Assembly: GCA_027315445.1 (NCBI GenBank)
Contig: DAHUYA010000184.1
Span: 1 to 62,345 of the forward strand
Reading direction: 5' to 3'
From: Acidimicrobiaceae bacterium
Lineage (GTDB): Bacteria > Actinomycetota > Acidimicrobiia > Acidimicrobiales > RAAP-2
DNA: 62,345 nucleotides
The notes below the pieces were generated by a model. The model saw nothing but the letters and a program-made list of their open reading frames with translations. It made no database searches and had not been told where the DNA came from. The position numbers were made by a program, and so were the translations under genes. Positions 1-9,132 of the stretch are shown here, piece by piece (within the stretch, counting starts at the first letter, position 1; the number at the start of each line of letters is the position of its first letter).

Positions 1-710
1 AGGCCGAGCAGGTCGTGGAAGACGAGGACCTGCCCGTCGCAGGCGGGTCCGGCCCCGATGCCGATGGTCGGCACGTCGATCGACTCGGTGACCGAGGCCG
101 CCACCACGTCGGGGACCCCTTCGAGCACGATGGCGAAGCAGCCGGCGGCGGCCAGCGCCTTGGCCGCGTCCATCAGGGCCTGGGCGGCGTCGGCGCTCCG
201 GGCCTGCACCCGGTAGCCCCCCATGGCGAGCACCGACTGCGGGGTCAGGCCGAGGTGACCCATCACCGGGATCTCGGCCCGGATGATCGCCTCGACCACC
301 GGGAGCCGCGCCCGACCCCCCTCGAGCTTGACCGCCTCCGCGCCGGCGCGCACCAGGGTGGCGGCGTTGCGGACGGCCTCGTCCACCGAGAGGTGGTAGC
401 TCATCCACGGCAGGTCGCCCACCACCAGGCAGCGCGGACGGGCACGGGCGACCGCCGCCACGTGCCTGGCCATGTCGTCGACGGTGACGTGGAGCGTGTC
501 CTCGTAGCCGAGCACGTTGTCGGCCACCGAGTCGCCGACCAGCAGGACGTCGATCCCCGCCTGGTCGACGATGCGCGCCCCCGGCTCGTCATAGGCGGTG
601 ACCATCACCAGGGGCTCGCCACCCAGCCGCCGCTTGCGCCCCCGCACGTCGGTCACCCGCACCGCAGGCCGGTCGGCCCGCCCCTCGCCGGATGCCGCCG
701 GGCCGGTCAC
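1..710 (-). CDS. panB: 3-methyl-2-oxobutanoate hydroxymethyltransferase (PanB); 3' end runs off the window start
   Basis: Absent from the ORF track because it is open at the window edge. My reverse-strand translation from GTG at 710 reads VTGPAASGEGRADRPAVRVTDVRGRKRRLGGEPLVMVTAYDEPGARIVDQAGIDVLLVGDSVADNVLGYEDTLHVTVDDMARHV...AVKLEGG...VMGHLGLTPQS...IGIGAGPACDGQVLVFHDLLG, a typical PanB sequence with strong GC3 bias. Confidence 0.85.
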   Translation of the reverse strand, partial: MTGPAASGEGRADRPAVRVTDVRGRKRRLGGEPLVMVTAYDEPGARIVDQAGIDVLLVGDSVADNVLGYEDTLHVTVDDMARHVAAVARARPRCLVVGDLPWMSYHLSVDEAVRNAATLVRAGAEAVKLEGGRARLPVVEAIIRAEIPVMGHLGLTPQSVLAMGGYRVQARSADAAQALMDAAKALAAAGCFAIVLEGVPDVVAASVTESIDVPTIGIGAGPACDGQVLVFHDLLG

Positions 711-717
711 GACCCGC

Positions 718-1140
718 TCATCGGACCGGCCGGGGGCGGCGACCCCCGGCCGGGTACTTGCGGGTCAGGTGGTGCCAGGCGCAGCCCGGGCAGACCTCCA
801 CGTCGTAGCAGAGCACCGGGTCCGCCCGGCGGCGCAGCCGGTCGAGCTCCTTCACCGTGCCCGGGCAGCGGCCACCCGGCGGAAGCCCCGCCCCGAAGAC
901 GTAGGTCACCTCGACCGTCGGCTCCTGCTGGCAGATCGGGCAGTCCTCCCCGGTCGGTCGGCCGATGTTGCGGGCGGCCCGGAGGAGCTCGGGGTGGGCG
1001 TCGCAGACGTCGACCGGTCCCAGACGGCCCTTGCGGACGTCCCGCACCACGGCGTTGCGGGCCAGGCGGTACTCGACCCTCGCCTGTCCGGGCTGCTCGG
1101 TGGCCCCGCCCAATGCCCCGGGCCGGGAGGTGATCGTCAC
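718..1140 (-). CDS. DUF5318-family protein (Cys-rich, conserved next to PadR/ino1 in actinobacteria)
   Basis: C-terminal 140 aa of ORF 718..1539: VTITSRPG...VEYRLARNAVVRDVRKGRLGPVDVCDAHPELLRAARNIGRPTGEDCPICQQE...VTYVFG...CYDVEVCPGCAWHHL. Start placed at GTG 1140; the upstream part of the ORF is Arg/Gly-rich and looks non-coding. Confidence 0.75.
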   Translation of the reverse strand: MTITSRPGALGGATEQPGQARVEYRLARNAVVRDVRKGRLGPVDVCDAHPELLRAARNIGRPTGEDCPICQQEPTVEVTYVFGAGLPPGGRCPGTVKELDRLRRRADPVLCYDVEVCPGCAWHHLTRKYPAGGRRPRPVR

Positions 1141-1240
1141 GGGATCGAGGCTACCCCTTCGCTCCCCGACCGAGGCCGACTCCCCCGCGCCCCTTCGACC
1201 GCGCCCCACCACGACCGCATCGTGCCTGCCCGGCTCCCGG

Positions 1241-1279
1241 ATCGGCCCGATTGGTGGCGTCGCTATATCGGCCCGATAT
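1241..1279. promoter_or_regulatory. Two copies of the palindrome ATCGGCCCGAT (second extended to ATATCGGCCCGATAT) in the divergent DUF5318/PadR promoter region; candidate PadR operator
   Basis: Read directly: atcggcccgat at 1241-1251 and atatcggcccgatat at 1265-1279, centres 26 bp apart. The second ends 12 bp before the PadR ATG at 1291. Confidence 0.5.
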
Positions 1280-1290
1280 GATGGACCGTC

Positions 1291-1974
1291 ATGCTCGACC
1301 TGGCCATCCTCGGCCTGCTCGAGGAGCAGGAGCTCCACGGCTACGAGATCCGGCGGCAGCTGCGCGACAGCCTCGGCCTGTTGGCCAACGTGTCGTTCGG
1401 CTCGCTCTACCCGGCGCTGGCCCGGCTCGAGGCGGCCGGCGACGTCGAGGCGGTCGATGGGGCCGACGAAGTGGCGCCCACTGCGCCACCCACCGGCTCG
1501 CTCAGCGGCGAACGGGCGGTGCTGCGGGCCCGGCGCCATTCACGGCCACGGGGCCGCCGGTCGCGCAAGGCGTACCGGATCACCGGGCAGGGGAGGCGGA
1601 CCTTCGCCCGGCTGCTGGCGGGGGACGGGGCCGACGACGCCCGTAGCTTCGGGCTCCGGTTGGCGTTCGCCCGCCATCTGCCCCCGCCGGCCCGGCTCGC
1701 TCTGCTCGAGCGTCGGCGGGCGCAGCTGGTGGAGCGGCTGGCCGAGGTGGACGGGGCGCGGTCGGAGGCCACGCTCGACGTCTACGCCCGGTCCGTGGTG
1801 GAGCACACCGCCGAAGGGGTGGCGCGCGACATCCACTGGCTCGAACGCCTGATCGAAGCCGAACGCAAGCCCGACGGGCAGCGTGCGGCGGGGCGGGCGG
1901 CGTCGCGGCGCGAATCGGGGGGGAGGGTGGCCGGGAGGCCGGCCATGGCGGGCAAGGGGAACGAACGGAACTGA
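1291..1974 (+). CDS. PadR-family transcriptional regulator
   Basis: ORF 1291..1974. N-terminus [24 protein letters not shown]...[18 protein letters not shown] is the PadR winged-helix signature. Confidence 0.9.
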   Translation: MLDLAILGLLEEQELHGYEIRRQLRDSLGLLANVSFGSLYPALARLEAAGDVEAVDGADEVAPTAPPTGSLSGERAVLRARRHSRPRGRRSRKAYRITGQGRRTFARLLAGDGADDARSFGLRLAFARHLPPPARLALLERRRAQLVERLAEVDGARSEATLDVYARSVVEHTAEGVARDIHWLERLIEAERKPDGQRAAGRAASRRESGGRVAGRPAMAGKGNERN

Positions 1975-2026
1975 CCGGGCCCGGCACCGCCGGCACGATC
2001 GGGACGACCACGGAAGGAGAACATCG

Positions 2027-3124
2027 ATGAGCGGTGTCCGACTGGCCATCGCCGGCGTGGGCAACTGCGCCAGCTCGCTGATCCAGGGGATCACCTACTA
2101 CCGCGACGCCGAACCCGACGACGTCGTGCCCGGCCTGATGCACGTGGCGCTGGGCGGCTACCACGTGCGCGACCTGCAGCCGGTGGCCGCCTTCGACGTC
2201 GACGCGGCCAAGGTCGGGACCGACCTCGGCAAGGCGATCTTCGCCGGGCAGAACAACACCGTCCGGTTCGCCGAGGTGGGAGACCTCGGCGTGACGGTGC
2301 AGCGGGGCCCGACCCTCGACGGTCTGGGCCGGTACTACCGCGAGGTGGTCGAGGAGTCCCCCGAGCCGCCGGTCGACGTGGCCGAGGAGCTGCGCCGCAG
2401 CCGGGCCGACGTGCTGGTCGCCTACCTGCCGGTCGGCTCCGAGGACGCGCAGCGCCACTACGCCCAGGCCTGCCTCGAGGCCAAGGTCGCCTTCGTCAAC
2501 GCCATCCCGGTGTTCATCGCCTCCGACCCCGGGTGGGCCCGGCGCTTCCGCGACGCCGGGGTGCCCATCGTCGGCGACGACATCAAGAGCCAGGTCGGGT
2601 CGACCATCGTCCACCGGGTGCTGACCCGCCTGTTCGAGGACCGCGGCCTCGTGCTCGACCGTACCTACCAGCTCAATGTCGGCGGGAACATGGACTTCCG
2701 CAACATGCTCGAGCGTGACCGCCTCGAGTCCAAGAAGATCTCGAAGACCCAGGCGGTGACCAGCCAGATCGAGCGCGCACCGCTGCCCGAGGACGACGTG
2801 CACATCGGCCCGTCCGACCACGTGCCCTGGCTCGCCGACCGGAAGTGGGCCTACGTGCGCATGGAGGGCCGGAACTTCGGGAACGTGCCCCTGAACCTCG
2901 AGCTCAAGCTCGAGGTGTGGGACTCCCCCAACTCGGCCGGGGTCATCATCGACGCCGTGCGGTGCGCCAAGCTGGCCCTCGACCGCGGGGTGGGGGGGCC
3001 GTTGCTCGGGCCGTCGGCCTACTTCATGAAATCGCCGCCGGTCCAGTACCACGACGACGTCGCCCAGCAGCTCGTCGAGCGGTTCGCCGGCGGGGAGGCT
3101 GGCCCGACCTGGCCCGACGACTGA
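2027..3124 (+). CDS. ino1: inositol-3-phosphate synthase
   Basis: In frame within ORF 1883..3124. ATG at 2027 is preceded by [34 protein letters not shown]...[17 protein letters not shown]...[12 protein letters not shown] is typical actinobacterial Ino1. Confidence 0.92.
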   Translation: MSGVRLAIAGVGNCASSLIQGITYYRDAEPDDVVPGLMHVALGGYHVRDLQPVAAFDVDAAKVGTDLGKAIFAGQNNTVRFAEVGDLGVTVQRGPTLDGLGRYYREVVEESPEPPVDVAEELRRSRADVLVAYLPVGSEDAQRHYAQACLEAKVAFVNAIPVFIASDPGWARRFRDAGVPIVGDDIKSQVGSTIVHRVLTRLFEDRGLVLDRTYQLNVGGNMDFRNMLERDRLESKKISKTQAVTSQIERAPLPEDDVHIGPSDHVPWLADRKWAYVRMEGRNFGNVPLNLELKLEVWDSPNSAGVIIDAVRCAKLALDRGVGGPLLGPSAYFMKSPPVQYHDDVAQQLVERFAGGEAGPTWPDD

Positions 3125-3176
3125 CGCGGGGCAGCTCCTTCACGGACACCTGTCGCGACGGGTCCGGTCGGGGCAG

Positions 3177-3392
3177 TCAGCCGCCCTGGCGCGCCGCCCA
3201 CCACGCCTCGAGGCGGCGGGTCGCCTCCTCCTCGCCGAGCGGCCCCTCGTCCATCCGGAGCTCCAGCAGGTAGTCGAGGGCCTCCCCCACCGTCCGCCCG
3301 GGCCCGAGGCCGAGGAGGGCCATGACCTGGTTGCCGTCGAGGTCCGGGCGGATCGACTCGAGGGACTCGCGCTCCGCGAGCTCGGCGATGCG
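3177..3392 (-). pseudogene. cca: C-terminal tail segment of the CCA-adding enzyme, cut off from the main ORF by an in-frame TGA (3393-3395)
   Basis: Same frame as ORF 3393..4661. Directly after the TGA it reads RIAELAERESLESIRPDLDGNQVMALLGLGPGRTVGEALDYLLELRMDEGPLGEEEATRRLEAWWAARQGG, then TGA at 3177-3179. GC3 bias stays high and the motifs match the usual C-terminus of actinobacterial PcnA/CCA enzymes. Confidence 0.7.
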
Positions 3393-4661
3393 TCACTCGA
3401 GCTCGTCCATCCGACGGGACAGCGCCTTGGCCTTGGCGGCGTTGCGAGTGGTGCAGTCGCAGCGCGTCAGCTCGTTCAGCCGGCCGAGGAGCGGTCCGGC
3501 GTCGCGCACGTAGCGGCGCACCGCCTTGTCGGTCCAACCCAGCCGGTAGGTGTGGAACCGCAGGTGGAGCTCGACCAGGCGTACCACCACCTCCACGTCG
3601 TCCTTCGAGTAGCGGAGGGCCTCCATGCGCTCGCGGGTCATCCGGGCCCCGACCACCTCGTGGTGGTGGAAGGTGACCCCGCCCGAGACGAAGGAGCGGG
3701 TGCGGGGCTTGCCGACGTCGTGGAAGAGGGCGGCCAGTCGGAGCAGGCGGTCCGGCGAGGTCTTGTCGACCACCGCCAGGGTGTGCGCCAGCACATCCTT
3801 GTGCCGGTGGATCGGGTCCTGCTCGAGCGCCAGTCCCGGCAGCTCGGGCAGGAACTCCTCCGCCAGGTGGGTACGCACCACGAACCACAGGCCCTTGGAG
3901 GGCACCGCCACCGCCATCAGCTTGTCGAGCTCGTCGCGGATCCGCTCCGCCGACACGATCTTCAGCCGGTGGTGCCCGCCCCGCACCGCCTCCACCAGCG
4001 CCCGGTCGGGCTGGAGGTCGTAGCCGGCCAGGAAGCGGGCGGCCCGCAGCATCCGCAGCGGGTCGTCGTCGAAGGACACGTCGGGGGCGAGGGGCGTGCG
4101 GAGGCGGTGGGCAGCCAGGTCGGCGATGCCGTCGAACGGGTCCACCAGCACCAGCTCGGGCAGGCGGAGGGCCATGGCGTTGACCGTGAAGTCACGACGC
4201 GACAGGTCGTCCTCGATGCGGTCGCCGAAGGTCACCTCCGGCTTGCGGGACTCGGGCCGGTACACCTCCGCCCGGTGGGTGGTGATCTCGTACTGGCAGC
4301 CCCGGCGCCGGGCCCCGATGGTGCCGAAGCGCTTCCCCTGGGTCCACACCGCGTCGGCCCACCCGGCCAGCAGGCGCTCGATCTCGTCAGGGCGGGCGTC
4401 GGTGGTCAGATCGAGGTCCTTGCGTCCCTCCGGCTCGGTCGAAGCCGACCCGGCGGGCGACTCGACGAGGGCGTCGCGCACCGACCCGCCCACCAGGTAC
4501 AGGGCGTAACCGGCCGCGCCGAAGCGCTCGGCCAGGTCGGCGGTGGCCCCGACCAGCGGTCGGAAGCGCTCTGGGACGGCGCGGGTCGTCACGGGCCCAA
4601 GGTAATGGGTGCGGGCGACGGGCCCGCTCCGACGCCCTCGCTCGGGGATGGTCCCCGGCAC
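3393..4661 (-). CDS. cca: CCA tRNA nucleotidyltransferase / poly(A) polymerase family with HD domain (PcnA-like); ends at a premature-looking TGA
   Basis: ORF 3393..4661: ...YALYLVGGSVRDAL...DLDLTTDARP...RRDFTVNAMA...HRHKDVLAHTL...LAALFHDVGKP. The true start is more likely GTG at 4592 (VTTRAVPERF...), because the first 23 codons have poor GC3. Confidence 0.88.
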   Translation of the reverse strand: MPGTIPERGRRSGPVARTHYLGPVTTRAVPERFRPLVGATADLAERFGAAGYALYLVGGSVRDALVESPAGSASTEPEGRKDLDLTTDARPDEIERLLAGWADAVWTQGKRFGTIGARRRGCQYEITTHRAEVYRPESRKPEVTFGDRIEDDLSRRDFTVNAMALRLPELVLVDPFDGIADLAAHRLRTPLAPDVSFDDDPLRMLRAARFLAGYDLQPDRALVEAVRGGHHRLKIVSAERIRDELDKLMAVAVPSKGLWFVVRTHLAEEFLPELPGLALEQDPIHRHKDVLAHTLAVVDKTSPDRLLRLAALFHDVGKPRTRSFVSGGVTFHHHEVVGARMTRERMEALRYSKDDVEVVVRLVELHLRFHTYRLGWTDKAVRRYVRDAGPLLGRLNELTRCDCTTRNAAKAKALSRRMDELE

Positions 4662-4677
4662 GCATTAGCGTGAGCCG

Positions 4678-6825
4678 GTGTCGTCGCGGCGTGCTCGGTC
4701 CCTCGGGAGATGGGGGCTGGCGGCCCTGGGACTGCTCGGCGCCGCACTCCTCCCGGCCGCCCTGTGCGACCCTGCCCCGGCCGGCGCGGCCGGGGCCACG
4801 GGCGCGGCGGGGACCCTCGGCGCCAAGCCCGCCTTCGGCCTGCTGGGTCAGAGCCCGTACGTCTCTCCCGGGACCGGCGGCGTCGGCACCTTCGAGCTCA
4901 CCCTGTCGATGAGCGGAGGCGTCCCGGCGGGTGCCGGGGTCGTGGTGGACCTGTACCGACCGCTGGCGACCCGCTCCGCTTTCGAGGCCACCCTGACCAA
5001 CCCCCCGCTGGGCCAGATCGGATCCGCCGGGCCCGCCCCGGTGGCCGGGCTGCCGGCTGCGGCCGGCGGTGGTCGGACCCTGGCCGTCACCGTCGTCCCC
5101 GGCACGGCGCCGGCCGGCGTGACCGGCCCCTCGCTCTCTCTCGAATGCCAACTCGGCACCGGGACCTGCCCGGGTGTCTACCCGGTGGTGGTGACCCTCG
5201 AGCGGCAGGGTGGCGGTGAGCTCGGCCGCTTCACCACCTACCTCACCTTCACCGAGGGACCGGCCGCCGCACCCCTGCGCTTTGCCTGGGTTATCCCGGT
5301 CGACGCACCGGTGCGCATCCGCGGGGACCGCCTCGGGCAGGCGGTGGTCGCACCGTCGCGGGCCAGGGTCGCCGCTCTGGGCGGGCTGGTCGCATCCCTC
5401 GAGCGGCGGCCCGACGTGCCGGTCACCGTCGCCGCCTCCCCGCAGACCGTCCAGCAGCTGGGCGCCTCGCCCTCCAAGAGTGCCCAGGAGGTGGTCAAGG
5501 GGCTGGTGCAGCTGTCGGGCGACCAGCAGCTCCACCAGTTCCCCGCCCAGCCCTACGTGCCCATCGACCTGGGCGCCATCGCCGGGTCCGGTGAGCGCAC
5601 CGAGATAGTCGCCCAGATGGCCAAGGGGGCGGCCGTGCTGCGTTCGAGCCACGTCGCCACCGACACCGCCCAGACCACCTGGGTGACTCAGGGCACGGTC
5701 GGTCCGAGCATCGGCTCGGGGCTGTCCGACGTGCGCGCCAGCCGGTTGGTGCTTCCCGACGGCCAGCTGGCCCCACCGAGCGCGACCATCTCGGGGCAGG
5801 CCGGCTACCACACGTGGACCTACCCCTTCACCCTGGACCTCGGGCACGGCCACCCGGTGCTGGCGGCGGCGGCCGACGGGCACGTCGCCGGCGAGTTCTC
5901 CGACGACCCTTCTGACCCCGCCCTCGAGGCGGCCCAGGTGCTGGCCGATCTGGCCGTCGTCCACTTCGAGGCGCCGAACCTGACCGACGGCCAGGGGCAA
6001 CCCGCGGCCCGGGGGATCGTCGCCGTGCCGCCAGCCGGCTGGACACCGTCGGCCGCCTTCGACGACCAGCTGCTGGCCGGGCTCCAGAACAACCCGCTCA
6101 TCACCCCGGTGACCCTCGACGGCTTCTTCTCACAGGTGGCGCTCGGGGGACCCCGCGGGGTGACCGGCCGCCGCCTGGCCTCGGGCTCGGGGACCGCGCT
6201 GGCCCCCGGCCTCGCCCAGCGGCTCACCACCGCCCGACTCCGGCTCACCTCCTTCGTCAGCGCGGTGCGACCCCGCAGCGAGACGGTGCTCAGCCAGCTC
6301 GACGACCTGCTGCTGGCGGCCGAAGCCGACACCCTCCGCCGGCGGGGGCAGTTCGCCGGGGTGGCGGCCTTCGAACGGGCCCTCGGCGGCCAGCTGTCCC
6401 TCATCCGGGTGGCCACCGAGCGCACCATCACCCTCACCGCCCGGACCGCGGCGATCCCGATCACCATCCTCTCCTCCGCCCGGTACACGGTGGTGGCCCG
6501 CCTGAACGTGTCGAGCGACCGATTCCTGTTCCCCGGCCGCGGAGGCGCCGGGGTGCCCAACGTGGTCATCGACCACCCGACCACCCCCGAACGGGTGGTC
6601 GCCGAGGCGCGCACCTCGGGCGACCTCCCCCTGACGGTCACCCTCGTGGCCCCGCAGGGTGACCCCCCGCTGGTGATCGCCCACGGGGAGCTGACCGTCC
6701 GCTCCACTGCCACCTCGATCGTGGGCATCATCCTCAGCGTGGCCGCCGCCGCCGTCCTGCCGACCTGGTGGGGTCGGACCTGGCGGGCCGGGCGTCGGGC
6801 CCGCCGGGCCCGCCCGGCCCCGTGA
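4678..6825 (+). CDS. large secreted/membrane-anchored conserved protein (Rv3909/DUF6049-like, upstream partner of murJ)
   Basis: ORF 4678..6825 with an N-terminal signal-like segment (LAALGLLGAALLPAALC) and a C-terminal TM plus Arg-rich tail (IVGIILSVAAAAVLPTWWGRTWRAGRRARR). It sits immediately upstream of murJ, as in mycobacteria. The family call is from memory. Confidence 0.6.
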   Translation: MSSRRARSLGRWGLAALGLLGAALLPAALCDPAPAGAAGATGAAGTLGAKPAFGLLGQSPYVSPGTGGVGTFELTLSMSGGVPAGAGVVVDLYRPLATRSAFEATLTNPPLGQIGSAGPAPVAGLPAAAGGGRTLAVTVVPGTAPAGVTGPSLSLECQLGTGTCPGVYPVVVTLERQGGGELGRFTTYLTFTEGPAAAPLRFAWVIPVDAPVRIRGDRLGQAVVAPSRARVAALGGLVASLERRPDVPVTVAASPQTVQQLGASPSKSAQEVVKGLVQLSGDQQLHQFPAQPYVPIDLGAIAGSGERTEIVAQMAKGAAVLRSSHVATDTAQTTWVTQGTVGPSIGSGLSDVRASRLVLPDGQLAPPSATISGQAGYHTWTYPFTLDLGHGHPVLAAAADGHVAGEFSDDPSDPALEAAQVLADLAVVHFEAPNLTDGQGQPAARGIVAVPPAGWTPSAAFDDQLLAGLQNNPLITPVTLDGFFSQVALGGPRGVTGRRLASGSGTALAPGLAQRLTTARLRLTSFVSAVRPRSETVLSQLDDLLLAAEADTLRRRGQFAGVAAFERALGGQLSLIRVATERTITLTARTAAIPITILSSARYTVVARLNVSSDRFLFPGRGGAGVPNVVIDHPTTPERVVAEARTSGDLPLTVTLVAPQGDPPLVIAHGELTVRSTATSIVGIILSVAAAAVLPTWWGRTWRAGRRARRARPAP

Positions 6826-9086
6826 CCGATCGCCGGCCGCCGCCGGAGGGGGCGGAGGGGGCGGAGGCCGGGGCGGAGGAGGCCAACCTCCGCCGGGCCA
6901 CGGTCGGCATGGCCGCCGGGACGACTCTGTCCCGGGTCAGCGGGGTCGCCCGCATCCTGGCACTCGCCTACGCGCTGGGCCCCACCCGCCTGGCCGACAG
7001 CTACAACCTCGCCAACACCATCCCCAACATGCTCTACGACGTGGTGCTGGGCGGGGTGCTGACGGCCACCTTCATCCCGGTGTTCGTCGACCGTCTCGCC
7101 ACCCGCCGCGAGCGTGAGGCCTGGCGGTCGATCTCGGCCGTCCTCACCCTGTCGCTGGTGGTCCTGGTGTGCGCCACCGTGATCTTCTGGGTGGCGACCC
7201 CGTTGATCATCGATGCCTTCACCTTCCTCGGCCACACCCATGCGGCGGCCGGGCAGACCCTGGCCCAGGAGAAGGCGGCCGCCACCACCCTGCTTCGCTG
7301 GTTCGTCCCCCAGATCGCCCTCTACGGGGTGATCTCGCTCGTCACCGCGCTGCTCAACACCCGCCGCCGCTTCGCCGCCCCCACCTGGGTGCCGATCGCC
7401 AACAACCTGGTCTGCGTCGTGGTGCTGCTGTGGTTCCGGGCGGTGGCCGGGTCCAAGCCCTCGTTGGCCGGGTCGCAGCTCCACCCCGGCCAACTGCTGC
7501 TCTTGGGTCTCGGGACCACCATCGGGGTCGCCGTGCAGGCGCTCCTGTTGCTGCCCAGCCTCCGCGGCATCGGGTTGAGCCGGGTCCGGTTGCGCTGGGA
7601 GCCGTCCAACGAGGCGGTGCGCACCGTGATGCGGCTCGGCGCATGGACGTTCGGCTTCGTGATCGCCAACCAGGTCGCCCTCTTCGTCGTGCTGGCCCTG
7701 GCGGTCGGGGCGCCCGGCGCCGACCCGGTCTCGTCGTACACCTACGCCTACACCTTCCTGCAGATGCCCTACGCGGTGGTGGCGGTGTCGGTGATGAGCG
7801 CGGTGACACCGTCGCTGGCCGTCCGCTGGGCGGTCGCCGACACCGACGGCTTCCGGACGCGCATGTCGGGTGGCCTCAGGGCGGTGCTGGCGGTGATCCT
7901 GCCGGCGGCCGTGGGCATGCTGCTCCTGGCCCGGCCCGCGGTGGCCCTCCTGCTCGGCCACGGGTCGACCACTCCCGCCCAGACCGCCCCCACCGGGGCC
8001 GCCCTGGCCATGTTCGCCCTCGGGCTGCCCGGCTTCTGCGTCTACCTCTACGTGGTCCGGGTGCTGCAGACCATGCAGCGCACCGAGGTCGCCTTCTGGC
8101 TCTACCTGGTGGAGAACGGCCTCAACGTGGTACTGGCGGTGGCCCTCGTGCACCCGCTGGGCGTCCGGGGACTCGCCCTCTCGCTGTCCGTCGCCTACTC
8201 GGTGGCCGCCGTCCTGGGCCTGGTGGTGCTGCGCCGGTGGCTGGGACGCCTGGCGGCCCCGGGCGCCTGGCGCCCGTTGCGACGGGTTGCCGTGGCGACG
8301 GTGGCCATGGGCCTGGTGGTGCTGGTGGTGAGCAACCTCTCGAGCGCCGCCCAGGGGCTCGGGCTGTTCCTTCGGGTCGGCGCGGCGGTCGTGATGGGCG
8401 TGCTGGTCTACGGCGGGTTGGCGGCCCTGCTGGCCAACCGGGCGGCGGCCCGCACCTCGGTCACCCGCACCGGGCCGGGCCGGCCCGTCGCGTCCTCACT
8501 GGCCCCGCCCCCACCGGCGCCCCCCCGCCACGTGCAGCCTCGCCATGTCCGGGCGCTCCCCCGCGATCCGGTCCGGACCATCGCGAGGGACGTGGACCAG
8601 GGGTGGGGTGCAGAGGGCCCCGAGGACGGGGCCCGGCGGCTCCTGGCCCGGCACCTCGAGGCCTCGACGGCCTGGGAGCCCGCCACCACGCCCCACGTGG
8701 TGCTCCTCCCGCTACCGCCGCCCTCCCGCTCGGCCGACGTCCCCTACGACCGTGACCGCGAGGGGCCGGTGGGCCGTGGCGGGCGGCTCGAGGGTGGGCC
8801 GCCCGGCGGGGTCCTCCCCGAAGAGGGGCCCGAGGACCTCGAGGGGGACGCGCCGCTCGACGTGGGCGAGCGGCGACTCGTCGCCCGCCATCGCGAAGGG
8901 GGGGCATCCCCGGGGGGGCGTCGGGTGACCCCGGCGCCGCGACGGGAGCCCCCGCAATCCCCCCCGGCGCCCCCGCCGCAACGTCCGCCCCCGTCGCGGC
9001 CCGGCGACCCCGGACGACCGCGGCGGCTCTGGCCACCCGCTCCACCCCGACCCGGTGGAGGGACCGGCCGCGAGCAGGGGCACTAG
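6822..9086 (+). CDS. murJ: lipid II flippase MurJ (MviN) with a ~200-aa Pro/Arg/Gly-rich C-terminal tail of doubtful reality
   Basis: ORF 6768..9086. GTG at 6822 overlaps the upstream stop (GTGA). MurJ signature: MAAGTTLSRVSGVARILALAYALGPTRLADSYNLANTIPNMLYDVVLGGVL. The TM core ends near 8460 and no in-frame stop occurs until 9086. Confidence 0.85.
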   Translation: MTDRRPPPEGAEGAEAGAEEANLRRATVGMAAGTTLSRVSGVARILALAYALGPTRLADSYNLANTIPNMLYDVVLGGVLTATFIPVFVDRLATRREREAWRSISAVLTLSLVVLVCATVIFWVATPLIIDAFTFLGHTHAAAGQTLAQEKAAATTLLRWFVPQIALYGVISLVTALLNTRRRFAAPTWVPIANNLVCVVVLLWFRAVAGSKPSLAGSQLHPGQLLLLGLGTTIGVAVQALLLLPSLRGIGLSRVRLRWEPSNEAVRTVMRLGAWTFGFVIANQVALFVVLALAVGAPGADPVSSYTYAYTFLQMPYAVVAVSVMSAVTPSLAVRWAVADTDGFRTRMSGGLRAVLAVILPAAVGMLLLARPAVALLLGHGSTTPAQTAPTGAALAMFALGLPGFCVYLYVVRVLQTMQRTEVAFWLYLVENGLNVVLAVALVHPLGVRGLALSLSVAYSVAAVLGLVVLRRWLGRLAAPGAWRPLRRVAVATVAMGLVVLVVSNLSSAAQGLGLFLRVGAAVVMGVLVYGGLAALLANRAAARTSVTRTGPGRPVASSLAPPPPAPPRHVQPRHVRALPRDPVRTIARDVDQGWGAEGPEDGARRLLARHLEASTAWEPATTPHVVLLPLPPPSRSADVPYDRDREGPVGRGGRLEGGPPGGVLPEEGPEDLEGDAPLDVGERRLVARHREGGASPGGRRVTPAPRREPPQSPPAPPPQRPPPSRPGDPGRPRRLWPPAPPRPGGGTGREQGH

Positions 9087-9132
9087 GTTTGCCGCTCGTG
9101 CCCGCCGGGGCACCCGATGGATCGGAGGGGCA

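Noticed and set aside
1580-3052. Very long ORFs antisense or out of frame to recognised genes. Examples: 1580..3052(-), 5820..8153(-), 8461..10407(-), 19959..21773(-), 24093..26723(-), 26512..28467(-), 41008..43662(-), 15..1133(+), 12816..14024(+).
   Set aside because: Their translations are Arg/Gly/Pro/His-rich with no recognisable motifs. Each overlaps a gene with a clear family signature and correct GC3 bias. Stop-poor alternative frames are expected at ~70% GC.
3393-3395. The in-frame TGA in cca as a selenocysteine codon.
   Set aside because: CCA-adding enzymes are not selenoproteins. The position falls in a helical linker (ELE-x-RIAEL), not a redox site, and I see no convincing hairpin immediately 3' of the codon. 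Nonsense mutation, sequencing error or read-through are more plausible.
8712-9113. Minus-strand ORF (133 aa) overlapping the MurJ tail as an independent gene.
   Set aside because: No family recognised, and its N-terminal two thirds are Arg/Gly/Pro-rich. Compositional evidence is ambiguous, so it is kept only as an alternative in the MurJ-tail finding rather than called as a CDS.
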